Positions 1-11,600 of a DNA stretch of 64,000 bases are shown piece after piece. How positions within the stretch are numbered: position 1 is the stretch's first letter; every line of letters starts with the position of its first letter. The DNA comes from Anaerolineae bacterium (GTDB lineage: Bacteria; Chloroflexota; Anaerolineae; UBA1429). Location of the stretch: the NCBI GenBank assembly GCA_963675785.1, contig OY776562.1:704001-768000 (forward strand), in the 5' to 3' direction. The translations under genes were made by a program, and so were the position numbers. The notes beneath the pieces are model-generated. The model had not been told where the DNA came from. It did no database searches and was given only the letters and a program-made list of their open reading frames with translations.

Positions 1-962
1 CCCTGATGCACCGCCTCATCGTCACCACAAGAGGGCCAATCGATAAAACGGAATCCGTTCAAGGCTTCGGCGCCGTCTTGCCCAATTCGTTCGATAACCA
101 GCGGCAGCAGACCACGCAGATAATCGCGCTGTTCCTCTAGATAGGCGCGGTTGCCGTGGTGCAGATACCAATCGTGTTGGATGATGATCCACCACAGCGA
201 ATAAGAGGAGATGTTGTTCATCCAGCGCGGTAGCGGAAAGTCTCCACGCACCAAATCTAGGCTCTCTTCGACCAGAGGCTGGTGGCCAAAAACTGCCGAA
301 ACCACGTCGGTTTCGGGGTGCATGTCACCGATCCACACCAGCCGGTCGCGTTTGATGCCGTCCCATAGCCGGGTTTGCATGTTGAGGTGCACGGTACGGG
401 CGCCGATCTGCCAGATGCGATTGAGGCGTTCGTTATTGCAGGCAAACGAGCCCACCTGTTCGATATCACGGTATACGGCTATAGCTGGCGCAGCCCGCAA
501 CTCGATGGAGGCGTCGGGCTCTTCCATATCGATGCGCACAAAGCGAAATCCTGTGGGGCCCAGTTCGGCCATGCCCAATTGCGGCACGCGCACAATGCTA
601 TCGCGGATGGCGTGGTCGTTCTTGTGGTCGCGGCCTGGCGTAGTCCCTTGCGAATCGCTCATGGCCTCCGAGGCCGATTCGCCAAAGCGAATGCGCATAT
701 GCACGGGCATCTTGGTGGACGACTGGCCGGTAACCAGAATGATGCCGCCGTGAATCTCCTGGCCGTAATCCAGCAGAATGGCCCCTCCCGGCCCCTGGCG
801 GCGCAACACACAACTGTCACCTGCGCCCATGGTGGGCTGAGTGCGGGTGTTGTTCAGCAGTACCTCGGGGTTTTCGGGTTGGGTGTTGCCCAGCGTTTGC
901 CATACCAGGCGCACCGGTGGCAACAGCTCGCGTACGCGTTCGTCGATGATACGTTCACTCAC
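1..962 (-). CDS. alpha-L-rhamnosidase, GH78 family (runs off the window start)
   Basis: Not in the ORF track. Hand translation from GTG at 962 (GTGA overlap with the upstream stop) gives ILLDYGQEIHGG..RIRFGESASEAM..NDHAIRD..GFRFVRID..LNRIWQIGARTVHLNMQTRLWDGIKRDRLVWIGDMHPE, typical GH78 motifs. Confidence 0.85.
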   Translation of the reverse strand, partial: MSERIIDERVRELLPPVRLVWQTLGNTQPENPEVLLNNTRTQPTMGAGDSCVLRRQGPGGAILLDYGQEIHGGIILVTGQSSTKMPVHMRIRFGESASEAMSDSQGTTPGRDHKNDHAIRDSIVRVPQLGMAELGPTGFRFVRIDMEEPDASIELRAAPAIAVYRDIEQVGSFACNNERLNRIWQIGARTVHLNMQTRLWDGIKRDRLVWIGDMHPETDVVSAVFGHQPLVEESLDLVRGDFPLPRWMNNISSYSLWWIIIQHDWYLHHGNRAYLEEQRDYLRGLLPLVIERIGQDGAEALNGFRFIDWPSCGDDEAVHQ

Positions 963-2440
963 AGTGTGAGGTCCTCCTCGTTGCTGCTGTAGTTGGCAGT
1001 ATCCGTTCTGGTATATAGGAATGTCGTCCAGGCGTAATCCAGCATTTCCTGGCCGTTGACGTCCGAGATGGCGCCCTTTTTGGGGCAGCCCGCCTCCAGC
1101 AACATCAGCAGACGTTCATCGTAGGGCACACTATCCAGCAGAAGCCAGCGATAGGCCCCGACGAGGCCGGCTTTGGCTTCTCCGCCCAGGCCCTGCCGCA
1201 GATCGACACAACCGTGAGTGGGTGTGCTCACTGTGCCGCGGGCGTAATAGTAGGCGCAGTTGAAATAATCTTCGGTGCCCGTGCCAATCCATGAAGGATC
1301 TTTGTCGCCATCGACGTAGATGTACTCGTTGCCTTCTTGGTTAAAGTAGGGTACTGAGCTGACGGGTGGGAGTTGTTCGGTGGTGAGATAGAGGCCTACC
1401 AACCGCCCACCGCCTTGGGCGTTGACCAGTTGGATTACTGTGCCGTAGGGCAGTCTGCGTCGGGTGGTTTTCACTTGCAGACGCAACGGCACAAGTTCGG
1501 TTGGTTCACTCAGGCTGTAGGCCCAGCCGAGGGATACGTTCGCATCGCCCTCGTTGCACAGCGTGATGCGGCAGCGTTCAAAGGGCATAGGCAACCCAAG
1601 CCAGCCCCGTCCATCGCCAAAACGCGCAAAGAGCGAGTGAACTTTTGCTGCTGCCGTACGCTGATAGAACAAATCCGCCAAGGGCACATCGATGGCTGGC
1701 TGTTTGGCGCCATCCCAATAGATGCGCAAGAGCAAGTTGTGTAGGGCGGACACGTTCGTGCTCAGGTCGAAGGCCATCAAGTCGAATCGTCCTGGCTCTT
1801 TACGGGTTAGCAGCGTTGTTTCTTGCCCGGCCGGGCAGTTGATGCTCTGCCAGTCGAGCGTCTCAGGCACATCGTTTTGTGTCCAGTGCTCGACGATCGC
1901 GGCTAGAGCAGCTTGCTCTGCCTCGCCAAATTCTTTGGGCATGGTTGTGACTTGCATATCGCTGCTATAGCTCAGGGCGTTGATCTGCCAATAAAAGCTA
2001 TGGGTATCGGATGCGGCGCGAACCACGCAGTGCTTGGCGTAGGGGATGGGCATATAGCTGACACGTCCTTCGCTGGAAGCCGGTGAATCGAGCACCAGGG
2101 GCGGCTGAAAATGCTCCAGCCCGCCCCCGAAAAATGCATTGATCGTGGTGCGGTAGCGTGGTGTGGGCTCATCGTCTAGCCAGATTTCCAGCGCGCCATC
2201 GAACCGTCCGCCCGTCCAAAAGCGGGTGATACATCCCGGTCCTTCTAAATCGACCAGCACATGCCAAGTCGTATCACCCTCGATTTCGTCCCGCTGAAAA
2301 TAGTTGCAATCGCGCGGGCCGTTTTTTTGATTGAAACTCGAGGCCATCAGGCAACGTTCTCCGGGCACTGCTGCTTGACAGAGCCACAACGGGTCGGCGA
2401 GGCGCGCCAAATAGGCGCACAGGTCGAATCGTTCAATCAC
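959..2440 (-). CDS. DUF2961 / GH172-family glycoside hydrolase
   Basis: EGPGCITRFWT, YMPIPYAK, LLRIYWDG..P.IDVPLADLF, EGNEYIYVDG..GTGTEDYFN motifs. Confidence 0.8.
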   Translation of the reverse strand: MIERFDLCAYLARLADPLWLCQAAVPGERCLMASSFNQKNGPRDCNYFQRDEIEGDTTWHVLVDLEGPGCITRFWTGGRFDGALEIWLDDEPTPRYRTTINAFFGGGLEHFQPPLVLDSPASSEGRVSYMPIPYAKHCVVRAASDTHSFYWQINALSYSSDMQVTTMPKEFGEAEQAALAAIVEHWTQNDVPETLDWQSINCPAGQETTLLTRKEPGRFDLMAFDLSTNVSALHNLLLRIYWDGAKQPAIDVPLADLFYQRTAAAKVHSLFARFGDGRGWLGLPMPFERCRITLCNEGDANVSLGWAYSLSEPTELVPLRLQVKTTRRRLPYGTVIQLVNAQGGGRLVGLYLTTEQLPPVSSVPYFNQEGNEYIYVDGDKDPSWIGTGTEDYFNCAYYYARGTVSTPTHGCVDLRQGLGGEAKAGLVGAYRWLLLDSVPYDERLLMLLEAGCPKKGAISDVNGQEMLDYAWTTFLYTRTDTANYSSNEEDLTL

Positions 2441-2441
2441 G

Positions 2442-3554
2442 TCAGATGACCTCGGCGGGCGGCAAGTCGCACACCTCTTCCAGCGTGGTGGCGATGGCGT
2501 CGATCACTTTGAGGGAGACATCTGGTTCGGCCTCGGCATGCAGCATCAAGCCACCCTCGGGCAAGTAGAGCCCTTCGAATACCTCATGGATGTGATCTTG
2601 CACCTCTGCGGGTGAGGCAAAGGGAAACAATTGGCGGTCGAGATCCTGATTCAGTGCTACGCGCCCCATCGCCACTTGTTGCAGACCTTCCAGACCATTG
2701 GCCCGAATCTGCGGATTGAGCAGGGTTACGCCCGCTTCGATCAAGTCGGGGATGATCTCCAAAATATGCCCGTCGGTGTGCTGGCTAATTGGGATGCCGC
2801 GTTCGCGCATGGGCGCATACAGGTGCATGTAACTAGGCTTGATGTATTTGCGCCACATGCGCGGGCTCATGGGCAGCGATTTCTGCAGACCCAGGTCGCC
2901 AGCAAAAGACATATGTTCCGCGCCCATCTCGATGTACTTGTTGATGACCACCTGGTTATAGCCCTCTACCATGTCGATGAGCTTGAAAACGCGCGGGTCG
3001 CCGCTGCCTAGGTCCATCATCAGGTTGTCAAAGCCGTGCAGATAAAAGAGGTTCATGTACATGAACCCGTGGGGCAGCCCGGGGCCGGTGGCCAGGTCAC
3101 CACGCGCTTTGGCGGCTTCTATCTCGGCCTTGGCTTCAGCCCAGGGCCTGCGTGGTCCGAACCAGTCCTGCGTCATGGGGTTGGGCGGCGCATAGCTATC
3201 CAGGGCGGCCCAATCTTCCAAGGGGCCGCTGATGGCCATAGAATCGAGGCCGCGTTCACAGTTGTTCCAAACTACACCCCAGCAATCGATGTGTTCACCG
3301 AGTTCGTAGAGGGGATTTGTGCCGGGGTCGTCATAATCTTTGGTTCCGGCGGCAAAATCGGGCCACACGCGCGGGTGGGCTAACACAACGGCTTCCAGCT
3401 CTGCGCGGTATTTCATCCAGGTGGCCGGCATCAGGCTGAACTGGCATGGTGTCCAGTCAGGGTGGTCGAATTCGACCATCTTGATCCAGTTCAATGTGCG
3501 GGCATTGCGGCCCTCTCGGGATATGCTCAGCGGTCGCCGTTCTGTGTCTGACAT
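2442..3554 (-). CDS. uroporphyrinogen decarboxylase-like / MtaA-CmuA superfamily protein
   Basis: DCWGVVW, GDLGLQKSLPMSPRMWRKYIKP, HTDG, LNPQ, DLDRQ motifs. Start moved to the Met with an AGGAG RBS (ORF track start 3569). Confidence 0.75.
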   Translation of the reverse strand: MSDTERRPLSISREGRNARTLNWIKMVEFDHPDWTPCQFSLMPATWMKYRAELEAVVLAHPRVWPDFAAGTKDYDDPGTNPLYELGEHIDCWGVVWNNCERGLDSMAISGPLEDWAALDSYAPPNPMTQDWFGPRRPWAEAKAEIEAAKARGDLATGPGLPHGFMYMNLFYLHGFDNLMMDLGSGDPRVFKLIDMVEGYNQVVINKYIEMGAEHMSFAGDLGLQKSLPMSPRMWRKYIKPSYMHLYAPMRERGIPISQHTDGHILEIIPDLIEAGVTLLNPQIRANGLEGLQQVAMGRVALNQDLDRQLFPFASPAEVQDHIHEVFEGLYLPEGGLMLHAEAEPDVSLKVIDAIATTLEEVCDLPPAEVI

Positions 3555-3599
3555 TCGTTTCTCCTGCATCTTTTTTCAAGTGCTTGTTTGAATGAAATA

Positions 3600-4607
3600 C
3601 TAGAACTCGGGTGTTAGGGGAATCACCATATTCCAGGTTCGGCTGGCGTTGCGAAAGCCCCCCGGACCGTCGGCAGTGGCTGCGAACAGGTGCGTCGCCA
3701 TACCATCCTGGAACAAGAGCTGCGGCCGTTCCAGCGATCCTTGGGTCGTGGTAGTACCGTCATCCCAATGGATGACGCGGGAATAAGCCTTGGCTGGTTT
3801 AGAAAGTACCCAGTGGATAGCATCGCTGCTATAGGCATGGATGCCGGCGTGTTTTTCTCCACTGATGCCGCCGGTCATGTCCTTGGCTAGCAGCTCGAAA
3901 CGCTCGCCAGTCCACCAGATAAAGGGATCCTCGACATAATTGCCGTCTTCAAAGACCAACACTGGGTTGTCAGCAAGCCGTACAAAGGGAGATTCATAGT
4001 TGACCGCACGAGCCACGCCCAGGCGAAGCCCCTCTGGTGTGTTGGCGCGATAGAGCATGACGATCGAACCATCATCGAGAATGCAGGGGGCCGGGTTGGT
4101 GACGATGCTGCTATCCCATTTGCCGGATCTGGGCCTGAGGATGGGTTCGTCGCGGCGTTCCCAGGGGCCATCGAGGGATTTGCTGGTGGCCAGACCGATT
4201 TGGATGTTGGCATAGCTCTCGTTCTGTTTGGACGATTCTGCGGCGTCTTCTGGCGGCACGTGAGGGCCGCTCCAGGTGGAACCGATGTAGAACAAGAGAT
4301 AGGTATCACCCACTTGATGGATGGTGGGATTGTGGGTCATGCGGCCGTCCCAATAGGCCTCACCACGCGCGGGCAAGGCCACATCTTTAAAAGTGTAGGG
4401 GCCTTCTGGCGTGGGCGAGGTGGCGTGTACGATCTCGGAATAGAGTTTATAGCCCTCAAAAAAAGGGTATGTCTTGGGCCAGCGTGCGGCGTAAAGGTGA
4501 AAATCACCCTCGGGGCCGGCAATAGCTGAACCGCACCATATCCAATAATCATCCATGTAAAAGCCGCCATCGACGGGGGCCGGCTGTAAGCGCTTGATAA
4601 AGTCCAT
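3600..4607 (-). CDS. five-bladed beta-propeller glycoside hydrolase (GH43/GH117-like)
   Basis: WIWCGS, EGPY, THNPTI, TNPAP, EDPFIW, ERPQLL propeller-blade motifs. Confidence 0.75.
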   Translation of the reverse strand: MDFIKRLQPAPVDGGFYMDDYWIWCGSAIAGPEGDFHLYAARWPKTYPFFEGYKLYSEIVHATSPTPEGPYTFKDVALPARGEAYWDGRMTHNPTIHQVGDTYLLFYIGSTWSGPHVPPEDAAESSKQNESYANIQIGLATSKSLDGPWERRDEPILRPRSGKWDSSIVTNPAPCILDDGSIVMLYRANTPEGLRLGVARAVNYESPFVRLADNPVLVFEDGNYVEDPFIWWTGERFELLAKDMTGGISGEKHAGIHAYSSDAIHWVLSKPAKAYSRVIHWDDGTTTTQGSLERPQLLFQDGMATHLFAATADGPGGFRNASRTWNMVIPLTPEF

Positions 4608-4756
4608 GATATTCTCCAGTCAGGTCGTACCTTCCATCCGTCGACAGATTAGCCCACCCTGTGTCTAGTTTCAAGCCCTTACGGTGACGAATCTCGTGTT
4701 TGCCCAAATTAACTGAACGAAGCACACTGTAACGGATTGCTAGAAGGGAGTATGTC

Positions 4757-5617
4757 TTGCGAACGTTCATGGATTGCTATGCTTGTTTTGTGGGCCAGGC
4801 TCTGGATGCTCTGCGTTTGGCTGGGGTCGAGGAATGCGTTCAGAAATCTGCCATGGAGAAGGTTCTGGCGTTGCTGCAGGGCCTGGAATTGACCACCACG
4901 CCGCCCGAGATCGGTCGTGACGTCCATGCCATCATCCGTAAAGTGACGGGGGTGGATGACCCTTACCTGAGCATCAAGACCGAAACCACTGGCATCGCCC
5001 TGGGGCTTTATCCTGCACTCAAAGAAAAGGTTGCGGTTTCGTCCGATCCGATAGATACGGCTATTCGTCTGGCTGTGGCCGGCAACATTCTCGATTCGGG
5101 TATCGCCAATCACACTTATGACATTATGGAGACCATCGAGCGGGCCTTGACGGACGATTTTGCCATTGATGATCGCCTCGCGTTGCGCCAGGCTTTTGAT
5201 AGGGCCGATTGGCTGCTCTATCTGGGCGATAACACTGGCGAAACGGTCTTTGACCGTATTCTTATCGAGACCTTGGCCATGCGCACCGTCTATGCCGTCA
5301 AAAGCGGTCCCATCCTCAATGATGCGACCCTGGCCGAGGCCCGCGATGCTGGGTTGGACGGCTGTGCCGAACTGGTGGAGACAGGGCTGCGCGCCCCTGG
5401 TTGCATCCTCGCCGATACTTCGGCAGCATTTCGCGAACTGTATGCTGCTGCGCCTCTGATCATCGCCAAGGGCCAAGGCAATTATGAGACGCTCAGCACT
5501 ACCAGTGATCCTCGTCTATTTCACTTACTTCAAGCCAAATGCCGCGTTATTGCTGCGGACCTGCGTGTTCCGCAATTCGGTCTTATCGTCGAGAGGTCTT
5601 TACGCAACCTTCATTGA
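4757..5617 (+). CDS. DUF89/ARMT1-like damage-control phosphatase
   Basis: N-terminal DCYACF, AGNILD, DNTGE, ILNDAT, AKGQGNYE, AKC. Confidence 0.85.
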   Translation: MRTFMDCYACFVGQALDALRLAGVEECVQKSAMEKVLALLQGLELTTTPPEIGRDVHAIIRKVTGVDDPYLSIKTETTGIALGLYPALKEKVAVSSDPIDTAIRLAVAGNILDSGIANHTYDIMETIERALTDDFAIDDRLALRQAFDRADWLLYLGDNTGETVFDRILIETLAMRTVYAVKSGPILNDATLAEARDAGLDGCAELVETGLRAPGCILADTSAAFRELYAAAPLIIAKGQGNYETLSTTSDPRLFHLLQAKCRVIAADLRVPQFGLIVERSLRNLH

Positions 5618-5699
5618 CATGACCTTTACGCTCACCTAAACTGCAAAAGATAGTTTTCACTGTTAGTTTGCTAACCTCACACAATAGGGAAGAGGCCTT

Positions 5700-8600
5700 A
5701 TGCCCAAAAGCCGCGGCATTCGTGTATTCGCTCGTTGTCTACTTGCTATCATCCTTTTCTCGCTGAGCGGTATGTCCGTTATGGCGGCTGGTGAAGAAAC
5801 TCCTGTTCCCTTGGTAGGATTATCAGGTAGTAACAGCGCTCTCATTGGTGAGAGCACGACTTTTTATGCCACCTTTGATAATACTTCTTCCGATTTGAAC
5901 GCTGTAGGCTATGGCCCCTTTATCGACATCGTTCTACCGACCAACGGTGCTGATGGCGTGGCGGGCACCGATATCGCCGACGGCCTTTCGTTCGTTAGTG
6001 CGACCTATGAGACGACTACTCTTGACCCCATCGTCATCGTGTTCGATGAGCTCGGGCAGGCTGAACACCCCCTGACCGGCGAGATCATTTCGGGCACACC
6101 CGGCGATGAGCTTGTGGTCTTTGAACTTCCTTTTGGCAGCTTTGTACCCGATCAGCCTTCTGTGCGCATTGCCATCCGTGCTTTGCTAAGTGAGTTTGCC
6201 GATCTGGATACTACACTTTATGTGACTTCTCGCGCCGGTTTCTACCTCGGCGCTGATCCTTTGAACAACCCCTCGACGGATGCACCCATCATCTCCGCCT
6301 GGTCTGATCCTGGCTTTGCCATGAGTCCCACCATTATGACCATCCATAAGGACTATATCGGGCCAGAGGACGAAACGGCTACTGGCCCCAACTGGGTGCG
6401 CCAGTATGAGATCAGGGTGAACATCGCCGATGGACAGCCGGTCTCGAATATCGAGTTATCTGATATTCTTCCGCCCGAGCTGGCCTATGTCTCGCTGGAT
6501 ACTGTGTCGCCTGCGGATTACACCCTTACGGCTGAACCGCCTTTGGCAGTTCCCTCCGAAAGCCCTACTAGCACCCTTAGCCTGACCTGGGAGGTCATCA
6601 CCGGCACGGGTTCATCTGCTGATATCACCGCTCGATTCTCTTTCTTTGTGCCCGAATATGACGCCTATGGCGACCCCATTCTGGATCCCCTGACTGGCGG
6701 CTGCACGACTATTTCCAATCAGGCGACGGCGAGCGGCACCTGGACGCCCATCGATGAGCGCGATGAAGAGGTTGTCCTCTCACAGCAATCGGCAGAGCAT
6801 GAAGCCGATTTCGAGGCCTGTGCTTTGGTCATCCAGAAAGATGTCTCCATCGTCAACGACCTTTTCACCAGCGGGGCTACCCCGGGAGACACACTCGGCT
6901 ATACCCTGCACATTCAGGCCTCGGATTATTACACCGTGGGCGGCGATGTCTCCTTTGTGGTCACCGATACCCTTTCTGACGGTCAGCTGTTTGCGTTTGA
7001 CAGCCTGAGTGGCGCTGATGCCAGTTATTCCATTGGGGATCGTGACGGCACAGCCACCGGCGTATTCACGGACGGCATCAATCTTGACGTGGATACCTCG
7101 CTGAACCCGCTTTATGGCACCAGCGGTGTCTGCGGAGGCGGCGAGACCATCCTTACCTTTGACCTGGGCACAGCTCTGGCCGCCAGTCTGACCCAGCCCG
7201 ATGCCCTTCTCACCGGTGGTTCTATTGGGCAGAGTGGCGATCCTTCTCAGGATCCGGCGTATCCCGCGCCTTGTGCACCAGCACAGGGTACTATTACCTA
7301 TCGCACAGTGATTCAAGAACAGTATGGTTGCACTGTGCCCTCTGGTGATCAGAGCATCGACCAGAACGACTATCTCGATAACGATGTCGATATCGTCGGC
7401 GGCGTTTACACAGGCGACCCCCTCACACTTACCGGCACCACTGGCGATGATAGCGCTGAACGTGTGGATTTAGTCGATGGCTCTATCTCCAAAGTAGTTT
7501 ATGCACGTAACGGCGTCATTGGCGATACGGGTCCCTTTGAGGCTGGTGATACCATTACCTATCGTATTCGATACAACCTGCCTACTGCCGATGTGGAAGA
7601 CCTCTCGCTCATCGACTTTTTGCCGTTACCCACGCTGCAGGTCAATGATTGGGATGCGGATAACACCACGGGCGATGCCGCGACCTGGATGTTTGATGAG
7701 GTGGTGGCTATTGATTCTGTGCCTGTCTCGGGCCACGCTTCCTACGGCCCAGCAGACACCTTCCACGAGATGTCGGGCGGCAACCCTTCGCCCGCGCCCG
7801 CCCCCGTGCTAACGGCAGATGCCTCGGGCAATAGCCTGACTTTTTACTATGGTAACCACGATATTGATAACGGTATTTCGGCTACCATCGACCTCTTGTT
7901 CACCGTTACCGTGCAGGACGATCCCTTTGCAGATGGCATGTACCTGACCAACCAACTGCAGGCAATAGAGCAAAACTCTTTCCTCGACGTGGTTACAACG
8001 ACCGACATCGTACAGATACAGTTGACTGGCCCCGAGCTCAATATTTACAAGGGCATCGTTTGGGCCAGCAATGGCGAACTCTCGCCTGCGACAGCCGCAC
8101 CTGTGGCTATGGATGTCGAAGCCTGCCCTGCCTTTAGCGAGGCCATTACTTCCGCGGGTTTGGAAACCAACCCCATTGATAGTGACCTTTCGGGCGTAGA
8201 TGGTGGCGATACCATTCGCTTTGCCATCGTGTTAGAGAATACCGGCACCGGTCCTTCTGGTGCTTTTGATGTCCAGCTCAGCGATGCCCTGCCGACTGGC
8301 ATCACGTCTGCTGATGTGCAAAACATCTGTGTCACCGATGGCGCAGGCACACCGCTTGCATATACCGAACTCGGTAGTGGCCTCTTTGATCTTGCTGGCG
8401 GTATCGAATTGACGGATGGCGCCGAGACTGGCGCTATCGGACCCTATTCCGAAGACGCCGGCACCAACATCGTCGTCGTTACCTATGATGTGGTCGTGCC
8501 AGCCTCTGCTGCTGTGGATTCTCTCTATGAGAACACTGCTTCCCTTGCGAACTATACCAACGTCGAGGGCGGCGAGGACTATATTGACAAATATGGCGTG

Positions 8601-11600
8601 GTGGAGGAGACGGCTTCTTGGGAGACGACCGATCCAACCGTCTCCAAGTCGTTGCTTTCTACCTCTGAGAGTCAGACATCCGGGAATAATGCGGTCATTG
8701 GCGAATTGGTGACTTATCAGGTGCAGATCGATCTGCCTGAAGGTACCACGCCCGATGCTGTGCTGGTGGACACCCTCGAAGCCGGCTTGGCTTTTGTCGA
8801 TGTGATCACGGTTACAGCGCCCGTGTCGATCACGACCGATTATGCCGGTAGTTGGGATGGCGTGGTCGCTGGTTCCTCTTTGGATAACGTGGGTACGGGA
8901 GATGCCAACGTCGACCGTCAACTCACTCTTTCTCTAGGTTCGCTGGTGAACAGCGACACCGACGACGAGACGACGGAATCTGTTACGGTGGAATATCGCG
9001 CCGTGGTGCTCAACACTCTGGCTAATGTTCGCGGTGTCTCTCGTGAGAACAGCGCCGTGCTTCAGTGGACCACCGGTTCCGATACGGCCGGCGCAGTCTC
9101 TGTAGTGGTGGTCGAGCCGCAATTCACGATTTCCAAGGATATGACGCCATCGACCGCTGATGCAGGCGATCAAGTGGTGATAACGCTTACTATCGCCAAT
9201 CCCTCGGCCTCCAGCCAGGTCGATGCTTATGATGTCTCTCTGGAGGATATGCTGTCGACCGGCCTGACTTTTGTAGGCTTTGGTGCGCAGACTGGCCTGA
9301 CGCCAGATAGTTTGACCGAAACAGACGGCCAAATCGATGCGACTTGGTCGGTGTTCCCTCTGAATCAAACGGCTACCGTCGTGTTTACCGCGACGATGGA
9401 TGCCGATGTCTCTGCCGGCCAAATCATCCAAAACGGTGCGACAGTTGAATGGGCTAGCAAAGCCGATGCTTCGACCGCTGGCGCGAATCCTCTTGGCGTG
9501 CGCCGTACTGGCGATACCAGCGATGCGGGTGCTTTGGCGAACGACTATCTTACCACTGCAGCGGACACCACCAGCGTTCCAGTAGCGATCGCCAAAACGC
9601 TCATCAGCACCTCTGAGAGCGAGACCACCGGCACCTATGTGGCTGTGGGCGAAATCGCGCGCTATCGCTTGGTAGCCACCATCCCCGAAGGCGAAACGGC
9701 TAGCCTAGTCATTCAAGATCGTATTCCCACGGGTCTTGGCTACCTGGATGACGGCACGGCTACGGCCGCCATCATTTCGGATGATGCTATGACCAGCACC
9801 CTGGCCGGCTCATTGGAATTGACCAGCATCTATACCACGGGTAGCAGTGTAGTGACGCCGGTGGTCGTATTGCCCGACACCATGGCTTCAAGCTCGCTTT
9901 CCGACACCGCTGCTGATACCTATAGTTCGGGCAGCGATGTCTATTTCCACTTTGGTACAGTAACCAACGACGATCGTGATGAAAACGCCGAATACATCGT
10001 CATCGAGTTCAACGCCCAGGTGCTCAACACCAGCACCGCTCAAGAGGGTGTTTCTCTTTCCAATAATGCCCGAATATACACTGGCAGCACCGTTGTGGCT
10101 ACGTCAGGCAGTGTGGCCGTGCGTGTGGCCGAACCCGTATTGACTGTCAACAAACAAATCATCACTGCTGCACCCTATGATGCGGCCGATGAGCTGGTTT
10201 ACGAGGTTGTGGTGACCAACAGTTCGACAGCGGGCAACGGCCGCATCGCCCATGAAGTTGTCATCAGCGATACCATCGATGCAGATACCACGTTGGTTTC
10301 GGCGGTGATGAGCAATGGCAATCCCGTTTCGGATATGGGCGCCTATGTACAGAGCAGCGTGGATTCGCTCGCTCCGGGTGAGAGCGTGACACTCACGGTG
10401 ACCGTTGACATCAGTGATGCCGTGGCGCCAGCAACTGCCGTTGCCGATACAGCCACTGCCAGTTGGACCAGCCTGCCTGCTTCTGGAACCACCTCTAACC
10501 CTACAGGCTCGGTTGTACTCGGAAGTCAGGGCGCGGCGAATGGCGAGCGCGATGGTTCGGGCGGTGTGAATGACCATATCACCAATGATAGTGTGTCGGT
10601 TTCAGTGGACAATGTGGCCCCCACCAAAGTGCTGCTTGGCACTTCGGAAGACGATACCAGCGGCACCAATGTCGCCATCGGCGAATTAGCTACGTTTGAG
10701 ATCGAGGTGGTGATTCCCGAGGGAGCAACTTCGGTGATGACCATCACCGACGCCATTCCCAATGGCCTGTGGGTTGATCTCTCAACGGTACAGCTCAATT
10801 TCGGCACCTCGGTTACGGCTGTGAGCAGCGATGTTTCCGGTGGTGGCAGTAGTGGTGCCGATCTGGTAGTAGCTTTGACGGATTTGGTGGTTGAGGCCAA
10901 CAATGTGGCCGATGACAACTTGCTGACCATCACCTACACGGCCCATGTGGTGGATGAATCCGGCATTTCTGGCATTACCGTGCCTACGCAAACCGTGCTT
11001 AGCAATGGTGTCAGCGTACAAGTGGGTTCTTCGCCTGTGGTGAACGCTACACCCGTCAGCTTGCGTGTGGTTGAACCGCGCCTTCAGATCGTCAAAGAAA
11101 TGTCACCCGATCCCATTGCCCTCGATGATACCTTGGTCATGACGGTGACGGTTCGTAATACCGGTCTGGCTTCAGCGTATGATCTTGCGGTGAGTGATCA
11201 GGTGCCGGGCACCTATGTCGAGAATCTGACCCTGACCAATGTTTCGGCAGGCGCCTCACCTTCCACTTCTGTGGTAGGCGATGATCTGCTGGTGACTTTG
11301 ACCCAGGATACCCTCGTGGCCGGAGCAGAAATGAGCTTTGTCGTTACCGGCACGGTCAAGGCTGGTGTGCCCTATCAAACGGTGATAACCAACTCGGCCA
11401 CCGTAACCCAAGCGACGACATTGCCTGGTGACGATCCGCTGGAACGCACTGAACCCGAGGTTAGTGATGCTGAGAACGTAACCGTCGGTCGCCCCGATAT
11501 CGTGGTGACCAAGACGGATAACGTCACCATTGCGGCACCTGGCGATACCTTGAACTATGTGATCACCGTGCGTAACGCAGGTAATGTTCGCGCCACTGGC

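Noticed and set aside
211-992. Plus-strand ORFs 211-753 and 375-992
   Set aside because: They are antisense to the GH78 gene, which has clear family motifs.
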